From Lama glama (taxonomy: Eukaryota), in NCBI GenBank assembly GCA_028534125.1, contig CM052818.1, positions 14,448,001 through 14,512,000 of the forward strand: a DNA stretch of 64,000 bases, read 5' to 3'. This document shows, in pieces, positions 63,753 through 64,000 of this stretch. Made by a program: the position numbers and the translations under genes. Numbering within the stretch: the stretch's first letter is position 1; the number at the start of each line of letters is the position of its first letter. The notes beneath the pieces are model-generated. The model ran no database searches and had not been told where the DNA came from. It saw only the letters and a list, made by a program, of their open reading frames with translations.

Positions 63753-64000
63753 TTTTTTAATATGTCAGTTTCAGGTGTAGAGCAACAGAACTCAACAACT
63801 GTATACACTACAAAGGGATCACCAGCACAGGTCTAGTTACCATTCATTCACTACCCGGTCAAGCCCCCTCACCCCTTCACACCCACCCACCCCCTGCCTC
63901 CCCTTGCTTCTGATAACCACTAACCTGATCTCTGTATCTGGGACTTCGTTTCTGGTTTATTTTGTTTGTTCGGCTTTTGTTCTGTTTTGTTTTGTTTTAG
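63753..64000 (-). mobile_element. L1 3' end (reverse), running off the window
   Basis: agtttcaggtgtagagcaac...gatcacc...gtctagttaccat...ctgataaccactaacctgatctctgtatctg. Confidence 0.7.

Larger units (their letters stand above)
39951..64000 (-). other. SPTBN1: Intronic sequence of the long SPTBN1 isoform, upstream of the internal promoter; the long-isoform first coding exon (MTTTVATDYD...) is not seen in this window
   Basis: No spectrin-like coding segment found here. Known SPTBN1 structure places the long-isoform exons further upstream (inference). Confidence 0.7.

Noticed and set aside
1..64000. tRNA, rRNA, snoRNA/snRNA genes or processed pseudogenes
   Set aside because: None recognised by eye. 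An Infernal/Rfam and BLASTX scan would be needed to exclude diverged copies.

Overview
Mammalian genomic DNA covering part of SPTBN1 (non-erythroid beta-II spectrin) on the minus strand. The window holds two well-supported coding exons. One is the alternative first exon of the short-N-terminus isoform (38799->38691, MELHRTSSISGPLSPAYTGQVPYNYNQLEGRFKQLQ), which lies in a CpG-island promoter. The other is the 152-bp CH1/actin-binding-domain exon (3899->3748, [51 protein letters not shown]). A ~34.8-kb phase-1 GT-AG intron joins them in frame. The rest is intronic: old eutherian repeats (MIR, L2, MER5/20/33/58/94, Tigger), several L1 3' ends (some with target-site duplications) and a 500-N assembly gap. 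The L1 tails and the lack of recognisable Alu, B1, BovA/CHR, PRE-1 or SINEC elements point to a cetartiodactyl, probably a camelid (inference). I found no convincing new multi-gene system. The best leads are regulatory or isoform-level: a uORF whose stop overlaps the SPTBN1 start (TAATG), a candidate extra in-frame first exon at ~22.3 kb, a GC-shifted region at 12-13 kb, an intronic hairpin at 21.3 kb and two perfect short tandem duplications. Repeat family names come from remembered consensus sequences and their boundaries are approximate.
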